In this document: in pieces, positions 10,323-20,595 of the stretch
Layout: every line of letters starts with the position of its first letter
How positions within the stretch are numbered: position 1 is the stretch's first letter
DNA from: an uncultured Acidobacteriota bacterium
Lineage (GTDB): Bacteria > Acidobacteriota > Blastocatellia > RBC074
NCBI GenBank assembly: GCA_963796275.1
Contig: CAWCKY010000006.1
Span: 2,848,001 to 2,912,000, forward strand
Direction: 5' to 3'
Length of the DNA: 64,000 nucleotides
Notes under the pieces: model-generated
Told to the model about the DNA's origin: nothing
Database searches by the model: none
What the model saw: the letters and a program-made list of their open reading frames with translations, nothing else
Made by a program: the position numbers and the translations under genes

Positions 10323-11353
10323 CCCTCCTGTTTGATTTGAATGGTCCTGATCGGGAAAGGGATCTCTATCCCTTCCTGCTGATAACGTTCGTGCAGCCGC
10401 TTGATGAACTCGTGTTTGATCAGGAACTGGTCGGTGAATTCGCGCCCGCGCAGGATGACACTGAAGTCGATGCTCGAGTCGCCGAAGGTGTGATAGCGAA
10501 TGAAAGGCTCGAACTCGCGCACCCCGCCCTCGACTTCCTGCATCACTTCCCGCGCCACGTCGATCGTCACTCGCTCGACCTTCTTCAAATCGCTCTGATA
10601 ACTTACTCCGATCTGCAACAGAACGGCCATCTCCTTCTCCGGCTGGTGGTAGTTGGTGACGAGGGTTGAGGCCAGCTTGGAGTTGGGCACGATCACCATA
10701 TTGTTCGGGAGCGCGCGGATCGCCGTATTGCGCCAGGTGATATCGATGACATACCCCTCTTCGCCCGATTCAAGCTTCACATAATCGCCCGGCCTGACCT
10801 GGTTTGAAGCGATGATCTGCAACCCGGAGAACAGATTCGAGAGCGTGTCCTGCAATGCCAGGGCCACCGCCAGTCCGCCCACGCCCAGGGCTGTGAGAAT
10901 AGGCGTGATCGAGATGTTGAGTGTCTGAAGGATGATCAACGCGCCGATCAGAAAGACCAGCAGCTTCGTTAAGTTTGCGAAGAGCGAGGTGGCGGGCAGC
11001 GTTCCCTCGATGCGGCGCGCATACAATCCCACCAATCCGGCAGCGACTTTCGCCACGAATATCGTGACCGACAGAACGGCGATGACGAGCAGCGCTTTCT
11101 TCAGGAAGTTTTGCCAGGGCGGGCTGAGCGGCAGGCTTTGCAACGCCGCATACACTCCGAGCAAGGTCAGCCATAGTATCGGCAGACCGCCTAGAGCGGA
11201 GAAGACAATTTCATCTCCATTCCATTTCGTCCACGCTACGGCTTTCCTGATCCTGCCGAGCACGAATTTGTTGACGAACAGACCGACGAGCATGCCGCCG
11301 AGGATCAGCCCCAACGGCACAACCCATTGAATAATGCTGAAGTCTTTTGCCAT
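10319..11353 (-). CDS. MscS-family mechanosensitive channel
   Basis: [30 protein letters not shown]. Confidence 0.92.
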   Translation of the reverse strand: MAKDFSIIQWVVPLGLILGGMLVGLFVNKFVLGRIRKAVAWTKWNGDEIVFSALGGLPILWLTLLGVYAALQSLPLSPPWQNFLKKALLVIAVLSVTIFVAKVAAGLVGLYARRIEGTLPATSLFANLTKLLVFLIGALIILQTLNISITPILTALGVGGLAVALALQDTLSNLFSGLQIIASNQVRPGDYVKLESGEEGYVIDITWRNTAIRALPNNMVIVPNSKLASTLVTNYHQPEKEMAVLLQIGVSYQSDLKKVERVTIDVAREVMQEVEGGVREFEPFIRYHTFGDSSIDFSVILRGREFTDQFLIKHEFIKRLHERYQQEGIEIPFPIRTIQIKQEG

Positions 11354-11373
11354 TCAATCTCCTTCTTTCTTCA

Positions 11374-11546
11374 TTAAACTCTCGATTGAGCGCGATCGTT
11401 GTTGCGGTGAATCTCGACGCCATCCTTCAACGTCCGCAACTGGTGGTAGGGGCCGATGATGATCTCTTGTTTTTCACTCAGCCCACTGGTGATCTCAACC
11501 TCAATCTGACTGATGATCCCAGTCTCGACCGGTGTGAAATCGGTGG
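11374..11546 (-). pseudogene. C-terminal fragment of an efflux periplasmic adaptor (HlyD/MacA-like)
   Basis: [40 protein letters not shown] with no N-terminal part. Confidence 0.55.
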
Positions 11547-11600
11547 CTAACTACGTTGGAAATCAAGGGGCAGCGTAGTAACCTTCTTTTGTGCGTACAG

Positions 11601-11844
11601 TCAGATGAGGCAGACCGCATCATAGAGGGCCATTCGCCTGCATGGATCGAGCAGAATGAGCTTGTTCGCGACTGAGTCGCCGTCAGAGAACAATGCTTTC
11701 AGCGCTTCACGTGCGCGATCGATCTTGCTCTTCATGCTACCGGAGACATCAAAAATCACACCAATGCTGACCAGCTGGTCCTCATTGCTCAAATAATCGA
11801 TCTTCTGCCTGACTTTGTCCTCGTAAACAAGGAAATGCTATTTA
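11601..11844 (-). pseudogene. Degraded acidobacterial-type VWA domain
   Basis: VYEDKVRQKIDYLSNEDQLVSIGVIFDVSGSM (MIDAS DxSxS) ... ALYDAV; continues the TVTDSYNRLV at the end of the upstream ORF. Confidence 0.65.
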
Positions 11845-12780
11845 TCAAGACCGGTTCACCAGTCGGTTGTAAGAGTCGGTCACGGTGACCAGAAACGTGA
11901 CGAGATCAGTATTCTCCCGGATGACCATCTCGCTTTCTGATCGTTCATTGCTCCTCCGCTGCTTCGGAGCGCGCTCCTTTGCAAGTAAACGCGCCTGCTC
12001 AGCTAGACGCATAATGTCGCGGGCTAGGTCGGCGTATTCCTTTTCGTTCTGACGCTGCTGTGGCCAGGATCGTTCCAGTTCCTCGAGTTTTGACTTCACT
12101 CGTTGAAACTCTGCTTGAGCATATTGCTGCGCTCCCGCCCGGCGCGCGATCTCGACCGCCCGCCGCGCGCCGAGCACAAGAGACGGCGTCTGGTTGTCTG
12201 CGATGTCACTTTCGGACTTAGGCAACGGAGCAACATAGAGAAATCCGTCATCTCCGCGATACTTAGCCCGAAGCGTTCTCACACCGCTGCTCGTCTTTCT
12301 GTGGTGCTCGTTCTCCGCCAGGATGACCGGGCTGGGGAGACTGACCTCTGGATGCGGTTCCGCCGTGATTATCAACCCAAAGGTCTGCTGTGGCGTCATC
12401 ACCTCGATCTTGAAGTTGCTGCTTATCGCTGCGTCGGCGAGACGATCAATCTTTCCATCCGGCATCACCGCCCAGAGAACGTAGGTCGTGTAGAAATCGC
12501 CGAGATTTTTTGGGTAGAAGAGACTGGCTATCTCCAACCTTATCTCCGTGCGCTGGTTGTAACGATTGATTTCAGCTTCGCCATACGCTTGCGGACAAAG
12601 GAATGTCCCTCTCATGCCGATGGTGCTCTTCTCACCATCAGGATAGCCGAGAACCAGAGCAGTGCGATTAGCAGTTTCTGCTTGCGAACCATAGGCTGAT
12701 AATGATCTGTCAGAAGATTTAGCAAAGACGATGCTTAATAACAATAGAAGGCCCGATATCATCCATTTTTCTACCTTCAT
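11845..12780 (-). CDS. Exported protein resembling the N-terminal part of acidobacterial OmpA-family proteins, ending in the start of a VWA domain
   Basis: AAGGAGG RBS, signal peptide, YTTYVLWAV..FGLIITAEP..PSPVILAEN, DUF4398-like helix (AGAQQYAQAEF), and tail TDLVTFLVTVTD. Confidence 0.6.
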   Translation of the reverse strand: MKVEKWMISGLLLLLSIVFAKSSDRSLSAYGSQAETANRTALVLGYPDGEKSTIGMRGTFLCPQAYGEAEINRYNQRTEIRLEIASLFYPKNLGDFYTTYVLWAVMPDGKIDRLADAAISSNFKIEVMTPQQTFGLIITAEPHPEVSLPSPVILAENEHHRKTSSGVRTLRAKYRGDDGFLYVAPLPKSESDIADNQTPSLVLGARRAVEIARRAGAQQYAQAEFQRVKSKLEELERSWPQQRQNEKEYADLARDIMRLAEQARLLAKERAPKQRRSNERSESEMVIRENTDLVTFLVTVTDSYNRLVNRS

Positions 12781-12847
12781 ATTTTCACCTCCTTTCAGAG
12801 TTGCGGGGCTTCGTAAACATTGGCAGAGTTTGTTAATAATTAGTTTG

Positions 12848-12863
12848 GGCAATAATTGTGCCG
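12848..12863 (-). promoter_or_regulatory. Sigma-54 promoter
   Basis: CGGCACAATTATTGCC. Confidence 0.7.
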
Positions 12864-12949
12864 TAATACATCTTTAGCTCTTCCAGACTATTGTTATTCC
12901 TACCCAATGCCGGACGCGAACCGGCGAATGCGCTTCGAAAGCAGAGTCA

Positions 12950-12966
12950 TGTGGTGAAATGCAACA
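12950..12966. promoter_or_regulatory. UAS site between divergent sigma-54 promoters
   Basis: TGTGGTGAAATGCAACA, about 87 and 102 bp from the two -24 boxes. Confidence 0.55.
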
Positions 12967-13067
12967 CTTGAGGATGCAGGCTTACTCACCCTTGTTGATT
13001 CAGGAAAATGTGATTCGTGCGCAGATAATGTGAGCCGCCCTGCCATAGCCTCTAAAAATCCTTTTCG

Positions 13068-13083
13068 GGGCACGATGATTGCA
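13068..13083 (+). promoter_or_regulatory. Sigma-54 promoter for the antiporter-USP operon
   Basis: GGGCACGATGATTGCA, followed by a 16-bp tandem duplication (ATTGCACCGATAGCAA x2). Confidence 0.75.
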
Positions 13084-13160
13084 CCGATAGCAAATTGCAC
13101 CGATAGCAAAAAGCGAGATGCATATACTTGTTCCGGGCCGTTTTTTTGATATGGAGAGTG

Positions 13161-14519
13161 ATGAGGAGAGTATTTTTGATGGTTTTACTGATCTGCCTGG
13201 CGGTCTTGATCATTACCGGGATCGCGCTTGCGGATAAAGGAGAAGGAGATACGCACGGAATCGATCCGATTGTGCTCGGCGGGGTGGCGGTGTTCCTGTT
13301 GATTGCCAAACTGGGCGGCGAACTCTTCGAGCGGATCAGGCAGCCCACCGTGCTCGGCGAGCTATTGGGCGGGATCATCATTGGTAATCTCACGATCATC
13401 GGTTTTATGGGATTTGAGTCGCTCAAGACCAACGCGGTGGTCGGCGCTCTGGCGGAGATCGGTGTGATCATCCTTCTCTTCGAAGTCGGACTGGAATCGA
13501 ACATTGGTGAGATGCTCGAGGTTGGATGGTCATCGCTGTTGGTCGCACTCGCAGGCGTCATTGCCCCTTTCTTTCTTGGTTGGGGCGTCGCTGCCTACTT
13601 CCTGCCGGAAGAAGGGATGCTTGCTCACATCTTCATCGGCGCGACGCTCTGCGCCACGAGCGTCGGGATCACGGCGCGCGTGCTCAAAGATATTGGCAAA
13701 TTACAGGCGCGCGAATCGCGTATCATTCTCGGCGCAGCGGTGATCGATGATGTGATGGGGCTTTTGATACTGGCGGTCGTAGCCGGCGCTATCAACGCCG
13801 CCACCACCGGAACGGCGCTGTCGTTGGCCGGCGTCGCGCTCATCACGGTCAAAGCGATTGTCTTTTTGATCGGTGCGGTTGCTGCCGGGCGGTATCTCAT
13901 GCCGCACCTGTTTCATCACGCGGGCAGGTTGGAAGTGCGCGGAGTGCTGTTGGCGCTGGCTATCTCGTTCTGTTTTCTCTTGGCATGGCTGGCAGCGAAA
14001 GTCGGGTTGGCGCCGATAATCGGCGCTTTTGCCGCCGGAATGGTGCTGGATGATTCCCACTATGAATCCTTCCGCACCAAGGGAGAGAAGAACCTCGAAG
14101 AACTGATCCGGCCCGTGAGCGATCTGTTGGTTCCGCTCTTCTTCGTTCTGATGGGTTTGAAGGTCGATCTGCGTGCGTTTGCACAACCGGGGCTGCTCAC
14201 GTTTGCTGTCGTGCTCACGATCGCCGCGATCATCGGCAAGCAGATTTGTTCACTGGCCGTTGTCGACAAAGGAATAAATCGTCTCGTCGTCGGGCTGGGG
14301 ATGGTTCCGCGCGGCGAGGTTGGATTGATCTTTGCCGGAATAGGCGCATCGCTGATGCTGCCCAACGCACAGGGTGTCAATGAACCGGTCATCAATGTGG
14401 CGACCTTCGGTGTGGTCGTGTTCATGGTTGTTGTTACGACATTGCTGACACCGCCTGCGCTCAAATGGGCGATGGAGAAAAAAAGTCGGGCTGCCGAGCA
14501 GAACAAAGGAATGGTTTAG
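13161..14519 (+). CDS. Cation:proton antiporter (CPA2, NapA/KefB-like)
   Basis: QPTVLGEL, LLFEVGLES, ATSVGIT, AAVIDDV, PRGEVGLIFA. Confidence 0.92.
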   Translation: MRRVFLMVLLICLAVLIITGIALADKGEGDTHGIDPIVLGGVAVFLLIAKLGGELFERIRQPTVLGELLGGIIIGNLTIIGFMGFESLKTNAVVGALAEIGVIILLFEVGLESNIGEMLEVGWSSLLVALAGVIAPFFLGWGVAAYFLPEEGMLAHIFIGATLCATSVGITARVLKDIGKLQARESRIILGAAVIDDVMGLLILAVVAGAINAATTGTALSLAGVALITVKAIVFLIGAVAAGRYLMPHLFHHAGRLEVRGVLLALAISFCFLLAWLAAKVGLAPIIGAFAAGMVLDDSHYESFRTKGEKNLEELIRPVSDLLVPLFFVLMGLKVDLRAFAQPGLLTFAVVLTIAAIIGKQICSLAVVDKGINRLVVGLGMVPRGEVGLIFAGIGASLMLPNAQGVNEPVINVATFGVVVFMVVVTTLLTPPALKWAMEKKSRAAEQNKGMV

Positions 14520-14586
14520 GTTCGATCCGTGAGAATGAATCACGATAATGCCGTAAGCGAAGTCATGACGGCGAAGGAGGAAGAAG

Positions 14587-15462
14587 ATGATTACTATTGA
14601 ACGTATTCTCTGTCCAATTGATATGTCGATGAATTCCAACCAGGCGCTGCGTTATGCCATTGCGCTCGCCAGCACCTATGAAGCGCAGCTCATTGCCTGT
14701 CACTGTATGGATCCGACGAGGTTTGCTGATGAATCGGCACGGGCACAAATCTACAGGCAACTTGAAGGACTGATCGACGAATTTAATCCTCAGGTCGCTC
14801 CGCCCTCTTTCGACTGGCAGGGACGGATCATCGAAGGCGATCCAACCGTAGACATTACGAAAGAGGCAGCCCTGCTGCCCGTCAATCTGATTGTTATGCA
14901 ATCACGCCGGCGTCCGGTTGCAGCCGCGATTTTCGGTTCGACCGCTGAAGCCATCTGCCGCGAAACACACTGCCCCGTCATTGTCACTCATACGGACGAG
15001 CGCGAATGGGCCGGATTGTCGACTGGTGAGATTCATATCAAGCGCGTGCTCGCCGCTTACGACTTTTCTCACGGCTCAGAGGCGGCGCTCTCCTATGCGC
15101 TCTCGCTGGCGCAGGAATACCAGGCCGAGTTACACCTGATTCACGTTCTGCCCAAAGAAGCGCGGGGGTTGGCGGCTGCGCCCGGAGGTGATGAGAGCGT
15201 GCTTCAATTGATAATGCCCCGTTTGGAGGAGACTATCCCCGGGGAAGTCAATTTGTGGTGTGAGGTCAAAATGGTTGTAAAAGCGGGACTGCCGGCTAAT
15301 GAAGTGCTGAATTATGCCGAGAAAGAGCAGATCGACCTGATCTGCTTGGGCAAGCACGGCGCAGGCGCCGGCTTTACCTTGCTCTTTGGCTCGAATACCG
15401 ATCACGTGCTGCGCCACGCGCGGTGTCCTGTCCTCGTGGCACCTCCGCTGAAATCCTTATAG
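14587..15462 (+). CDS. Universal stress protein (tandem USP domains)
   Basis: ILCPID, FGSTAEAI..CPV, LFGSNTDHVLRHARCPVLV. Confidence 0.92.
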   Translation: MITIERILCPIDMSMNSNQALRYAIALASTYEAQLIACHCMDPTRFADESARAQIYRQLEGLIDEFNPQVAPPSFDWQGRIIEGDPTVDITKEAALLPVNLIVMQSRRRPVAAAIFGSTAEAICRETHCPVIVTHTDEREWAGLSTGEIHIKRVLAAYDFSHGSEAALSYALSLAQEYQAELHLIHVLPKEARGLAAAPGGDESVLQLIMPRLEETIPGEVNLWCEVKMVVKAGLPANEVLNYAEKEQIDLICLGKHGAGAGFTLLFGSNTDHVLRHARCPVLVAPPLKSL

Positions 15463-15760
15463 GCTGGATATGCCGCCAGCGCGATATTCATCGAGCCTGC
15501 GATAAAGCGTCTTACGGTCGAGGACGAGCAGTTCGGCCGTACGTGATTTGTTGTCACCCGAACGGCGCAACATCTCCAAAATATATTCACGCTCCAGCTC
15601 TCGCAGCGTCATATTCTGTTCGTGTGAGCGCGCTATTAGCGCAGAAGTCATACTGCTGCATCGTATGCGCTCCGGCAGGTCATCAGGTTTGAGTACTGCC
15701 CCTTGCGCGAATGCTACTGCTCTCTCATTTGTCTCCATTTGTTCCCAGCTACATTGGCCT
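15457..15760 (-). pseudogene. C-terminal (Fis-type HTH) remnant of a sigma-54 response regulator, paralog of 46363..47733
   Basis: [62 protein letters not shown]. Confidence 0.8.
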
Positions 15761-15887
15761 GCTCTATGGCTTTAAGCTGCAACCTCCGTACCGGCAGAGC
15801 AATAGTCGTATGATGGAAATACACACAGTAAGAGTGGCTTATGATTGAATTTTTCGATTCAGCGCTCTAGTGGACCATCAGAGAGAC

Positions 15888-15925
15888 TGTCCCAAACTGC
15901 CACACTGCTGCCCCCTACGGCCACG
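15888..15925. promoter_or_regulatory. Tandem UAS sites
   Basis: TGTCCCAAACTGCCACA-N4-TGCCCCCTACGGCCACG. Confidence 0.65.
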
Positions 15926-16030
15926 CATCGGGTTCTTTGAGTTAGTGATCCTCAGTTGGATCCCAACAATCCATATTCCGGAAACCCAGACGCCACTTTC
16001 TATCCTCGTATGGCACAAACATTTCCTCAA

Positions 16031-16046
16031 CGGCACATGGATTGCC
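16031..16046 (+). promoter_or_regulatory. Sigma-54 promoter for the small ORF-mreB-pbp2 unit
   Basis: CGGCACATGGATTGCC; a weaker copy TGGCACAAACATTTCC lies 20 bp upstream. Confidence 0.7.
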
Positions 16047-16085
16047 GTTCTGAAAGATGTCCAGTGAGAGTAGAGGACTGGATAT

Positions 16086-16211
16086 ATGCGACTTAATTCT
16101 ATTTTTGCTTTAGCTGCGATTTTGGTGGTTACCATATTTGTCTACCCATCGAGTCACTGGTCGAATGGATCTTCAGGTACAGCGCAGGTGCAGTCAGGAG
16201 AGCGGAGATAG
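16086..16211 (+). CDS. Putative small exported/membrane peptide (41 aa)
   Basis: GAGGA RBS; MRLNSIFALAAILVVTIFVYPSSHWSNGSSGTAQVQSGERR*. Confidence 0.35.
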   Translation: MRLNSIFALAAILVVTIFVYPSSHWSNGSSGTAQVQSGERR

Positions 16212-16231
16212 CAAAGTAATGAGGTGGGATA

Positions 16232-17357
16232 ATGAATAATTTGGGTTGGAAAGAAAGAATTCACCGTTTCTGGAGATCATCTTTCAAGGGAATTAACCTG
16301 GCCATGACCGGAGATACTGGCGATCGATCTCGGCACCGCCAACGCTCGCATCTATTTGCCGGGAGAGGGTGTGGTCATTGATGAACCGTCGGTAATCGCG
16401 CTAAGCACTGAAAGTCGAAAAGTCACGGCAGTTGGAGAGGAAGCGAAAGTTTTAGCCAGCCGACGACCGCGCACAGTTCGGGTTGTACGTCCAGTCAAGG
16501 ATGGAGTTATCGCAGATTGCGAGGTCGCCGGGCAGATGCTCTCTGTCTTCATCCGCCGCGCATTAAAACAACCTGGCCTGGCCGGTTCGTCGCTGCTGAT
16601 TTGCGTTCCTGCCCACATCACGCAAATGGAGCGAAGAGCTTATGAAGAGGCTGCCAGACTGGCCGGCGCGGTGAAAGTAAAACTCATCGAAGAGCCTTAT
16701 GCCGCAGCCGCGGGCGCAGGTCTCAATCTACGCGCGCCGCCAGCCTGTATGATCGTTGACCTCGGCGCGGGCACTACAGACATTGCAGTCATCAGCAGCG
16801 GCAGCGTTATTTACGCTTCCACGCGGTGTATCGGCGGAGATGAAATGGATCGCGCCATCGCACATTATTTGCGCCATGAACGAAGGTTGGATGTCGGCGA
16901 GGAGACTGCGGGGGGTGTCAAAATAGTGCTGGGTACAGTCGGCGCCGGGCATACTCGGCGATCGATGGCTGTGCGAGGCCGTAATCTGGTGACTGGCCTA
17001 CCTGGAGAGATCGCTGTTACCAGCGAAGAGATAAATCCGCTGATCCAGCCGGCGCTCCGTGTCGTCAAACAACATATCCGTACGGTGTTGGAAGAGATTC
17101 CAACGGAGGCTTCGGTCGATCTACTCGACTCGGGAATATCGCTGAGCGGCGGTCTGTCGCAGCTTCCGGGTCTGGCCGAGCATCTAGGCCATGAACTGGG
17201 TTTGTGCGTGCGAGTAGTCCCCGATCCGATGCTCGCCGCGGTGATGGGCGCAGGCCGTTTTCTCGAACAGAAGTCTCAGGCCTCGACTCTGAGAGCAATA
17301 AAGGGAAGAAAATCAGCCGAGGCTGACGAGAGCGGGTCTTCGCTTGCCAGGATATGA
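16232..17357 (+). pseudogene. mreB: MreB-like rod-shape protein (accessory copy) with a frameshift near 16316
   Basis: LAIDLGTAN, RPVKDGVIAD, IEEPYAAA, VDLGAGTTD, GGDEMD motifs; ATGs at 16232 and 16304 are out of frame by 1 nt and there is an in-frame TGA at 16305. Confidence 0.85.
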
Positions 17358-17448
17358 AATCAAAACGGTGTGAACGGTGATCAGAAGCGAGTTTGAGGTA
17401 CCACACTTGACGCACGATCAATGCGGGTCAAGTGAAGAGAAGAGGGCA

Positions 17449-19386
17449 ATGAGAATGCGGATATTTTCCGACAATCTTTTCGATGATTATGAAGAGCGGA
17501 GGCAAATTCGGCTGCGGCTGGGCATCCTGCGTTTCATCGCCATAGCCATCTTTCTCTTATTCGGCGCAAGACTGTATTGGATCCAGATCGTCAGTCACGA
17601 AACTTATGCCGAGATGGCGCGGCAGAATCGGATGCGCAAACTTCCGATCAAGGCGCCGCGAGGCCGTATTCTCGACCGTCAGGGCGTTGTGCTGGCCGGC
17701 AACCGATCTTCATATAACATCGTCGTCAGCCGTGAGGATATGAAGAGCATTGAAGCAGAGGCTGAGCTGCTCGCCGATCACCTCGGCCTTGATCGTGACT
17801 GGCTGACCATGAGATTCGAGGAAATGATATGGGAGCCGAAATATCTGCCGATAGTTGTGAAGCAAGACGCTTCTCCGGCTGATATCGCGTGGGTGGTAGC
17901 TCACCAGTTTGAGCATCCCGAATTGCGCATTGTGGAGATGCCGCAGCGCCATTATGTTCACAGGACATTCGCCGCGCACGCGCTCGGTTACGTGGGCGAA
18001 GTTAGCAGGCGCGAACTGGAGCAAGGTGCCTACAGTAGGGATAACGATTACCGAATGGGAGACATTGTTGGCAAGAGCGGGCTGGAGCGCACATACAACG
18101 AAATTCTGATGGGCAAAGACGGAGAGCGGATCGTCGTCGTTGACAGTCGTGGCCGCCTTCGCGACGAAGTCAGCCGTGTCGAGCCGACGCGGGGACGCGA
18201 TCTTTACACGACGCTCGATTTCGACTTGCAGAAGGTCGCTGAAGAGCAGGCCGATCTGATGTCGAGCGGTCGCGGCGCAATTGCCGTGATGAATCCGGGC
18301 AACGGCGAGGTGTTGGCGATGGTCAGCCGCCCCTCATTCGATCCCAATCTCTTTTCGCTGCGCACGAAGTCCCCGAAAAATAGGGTAGAGATTAGCGGTC
18401 TTTATGAAGATGAGAACCGCCCGCTCTTCAATCGCGTGATTCAGGGCGCATATCCGACCGGTTCGACCTGGAAAATCTTCATGGCGGTCGCAGCGCTCAA
18501 CGAAGGCACTATCACAATAGAGGAATCGAGGATCAAAGACGGAGGGCTGCGGATCGGCAACTACTATATGAGTTCGCTCTCGCATCTCGGCTATCCGGAC
18601 ATCCATCAGGCGATTGTGAGATCAGCGGATGGCTATTTCTACCGGCTAGGTCTAAAGATGGGCATCGAGAATATCGAGAAGTGGACGAACATCTTCCGTC
18701 TCGGTCAACGCACAGGCATCGACCTGCCGAGTGAGCGCGCCGGCATTCCGCCGAGCCGTGCATGGAAAGCGAAGGTCAATCCCAAGGACCCGAAATGGCG
18801 CGATTATGATACGGCTGCCGCGGCGATCGGTCAGGGCATCGCGATCACTCCGTTGCAAATGCTGCGGATGGTCGCAGGAGTGGGGGCAGATGGAGAAATA
18901 GTAACGCCGCATCTATTGCTCAAAGGAGCGGCGGGGATTGACCGCTTCGGCAAGGTGCAAACAGAGATTTGCTATTCGGACGAGTCGAAGTTCACCGTTC
19001 CGATGAGTCCTGAAATTCATGAGAAGGTAACGCGTGCGATGTGGGGTGTGGTCAACGAAAACGGCACGGGCACAAGGGCACGCGTCGAAGTCTTCGATGT
19101 TTGCGGCAAGACCGGCACTGCCCAGGTAGCATCGAAGTCCAGAGCCGGGGAGAAGCACAAGGATCACGCCTGGTTCGTCAGTTTCGCACCGCGCGACAAA
19201 CCTGAGATCGCTTCAGTGGTGTTAGTCGAAAACAGCGGTTACGGAGGAGTTCACGCCGCACCCAAAGCGGGTGCGATATATCGAGCTTACTATCAGCGCA
19301 CGCGTGGTCTGCCGGCCGATACATTGATAACTGCAGATCACGAAGACGGGCACGTTTCTGAGGAGATTTCCGGCGTGCATCGATAG
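17449..19386 (+). CDS. mrdA: Penicillin-binding protein 2 (class B transpeptidase)
   Basis: TM anchor, APRGRILDR, GKSGLE, catalytic STWK, SAD and KTGTAQ, HAWF. Confidence 0.92.
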   Translation: MRMRIFSDNLFDDYEERRQIRLRLGILRFIAIAIFLLFGARLYWIQIVSHETYAEMARQNRMRKLPIKAPRGRILDRQGVVLAGNRSSYNIVVSREDMKSIEAEAELLADHLGLDRDWLTMRFEEMIWEPKYLPIVVKQDASPADIAWVVAHQFEHPELRIVEMPQRHYVHRTFAAHALGYVGEVSRRELEQGAYSRDNDYRMGDIVGKSGLERTYNEILMGKDGERIVVVDSRGRLRDEVSRVEPTRGRDLYTTLDFDLQKVAEEQADLMSSGRGAIAVMNPGNGEVLAMVSRPSFDPNLFSLRTKSPKNRVEISGLYEDENRPLFNRVIQGAYPTGSTWKIFMAVAALNEGTITIEESRIKDGGLRIGNYYMSSLSHLGYPDIHQAIVRSADGYFYRLGLKMGIENIEKWTNIFRLGQRTGIDLPSERAGIPPSRAWKAKVNPKDPKWRDYDTAAAAIGQGIAITPLQMLRMVAGVGADGEIVTPHLLLKGAAGIDRFGKVQTEICYSDESKFTVPMSPEIHEKVTRAMWGVVNENGTGTRARVEVFDVCGKTGTAQVASKSRAGEKHKDHAWFVSFAPRDKPEIASVVLVENSGYGGVHAAPKAGAIYRAYYQRTRGLPADTLITADHEDGHVSEEISGVHR

Positions 19387-19516
19387 AGAATGCGAAACAA
19401 CCGAAGATAACCGAGCAAACGAACAGGGCAAATGACCAGGCTCACAGTCTATCGTTTGTGTCACATTGTTTTCGTATCAGGTTAGGACAATGCGGTGCAG
19501 AAGTATCTTGTGATTG

Positions 19517-19532
19517 TGGCACGCGGCTCGCA
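19517..19532 (+). promoter_or_regulatory. Sigma-54 promoter
   Basis: TGGCACGCGGCTCGCA. Confidence 0.55.
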
Positions 19533-19691
19533 GCTACCAAGTTTAGTATTGTGGTCATTATCGGGACTGGATCAGGGTGGATTTCTTCCCCAACCTGAGA
19601 TGAATATCAACGGATCAAGTCGGGCAGTCACAATCTTTATCCTTATCCAGGAATTGTCTCAACAAAAAAATGGCCATAGGAAGGAGGAGTT

Positions 19692-20471
19692 ATGTTGCAT
19701 AGCATTAAAGATTTACGTGGGCTTTCCATTCATGCGACCGATGGTGACATCGGCAAGGTTATTGATTTCTACCTCGATGACCAGCATTGGACTATTCGTT
19801 ACCTGGTGGTTGACGTCGGCACCTGGCTGAAAGGACGCAAGGTCCTGGTCTCGCCAATCTCAATCAAAATGATAGCCGCCGATCTCGGAAGGTTTATGGC
19901 ATCGGTTACGAAACAGCAGGTTAAGGATAGTCCCGATTGGGATACTGAGAAACCGGTGTCGCGCCAGTACGAAGGGATATTTGCCAATTATTACAAATAT
20001 CCTTACTACTGGGGCGGGCCGTATTTGTGGGGGCAGGCACTTTACCCGGCAGGCATCTCGGTTGTGGAAACGATTAAGCCACAGCCTGTCTCAGTTGAGG
20101 AGGCAGAGGCGGAGATCGAGAGATATCATCTGCGGAGCGCCCGCGAGGTCTCCGGCTATCATATCGTGACCACGGATGGAGTGATCGGACAAGTTGATGA
20201 CTTTATTTTCGATGACGAGAGTTGGCAGATTCATTACCTGGCGATCGATACGGGAGGATGGTTGGCTGGCCGTAAGGTGCTGATCAGTCCGCGCTGGATC
20301 GAGTCGATTGACTGGTCGAAATCGCAGGTATCTATCCGGCTCGATAAAGAAACGGTCAAAAACGCGCCTGCCTATGACGATCCGGGAACTATCACTCGAG
20401 ACTACGAAAAAAGGCTATTTGCTTATTACGGCAGGCCAGGATACTGGGAAACTCCTGCCGAAAGGCCGTGA
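19692..20471 (+). CDS. PRC-barrel domain protein (two barrels)
   Basis: IHATDGDIGKVIDFYLDDQHWTIRYLVVD, repeated in the C-terminal half. Confidence 0.88.
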   Translation: MLHSIKDLRGLSIHATDGDIGKVIDFYLDDQHWTIRYLVVDVGTWLKGRKVLVSPISIKMIAADLGRFMASVTKQQVKDSPDWDTEKPVSRQYEGIFANYYKYPYYWGGPYLWGQALYPAGISVVETIKPQPVSVEEAEAEIERYHLRSAREVSGYHIVTTDGVIGQVDDFIFDDESWQIHYLAIDTGGWLAGRKVLISPRWIESIDWSKSQVSIRLDKETVKNAPAYDDPGTITRDYEKRLFAYYGRPGYWETPAERP

Positions 20472-20595
20472 TCAGTGGCAGAAGAAGCAATCTGAAAGTC
20501 ATTCGAAATAGCAGCCTGCGCTGTTATTGATGAATCGGCGTGGAGCGACTCTGTATTTGACCATGCGGCCTGAAAGATAGACAAAGGAAGTTCTA

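Noticed and set aside
13078-13109. 16-bp tandem duplication ATTGCACCGATAGCAA
   Set aside because: Only two copies; most simply a slippage duplication at the -12 box
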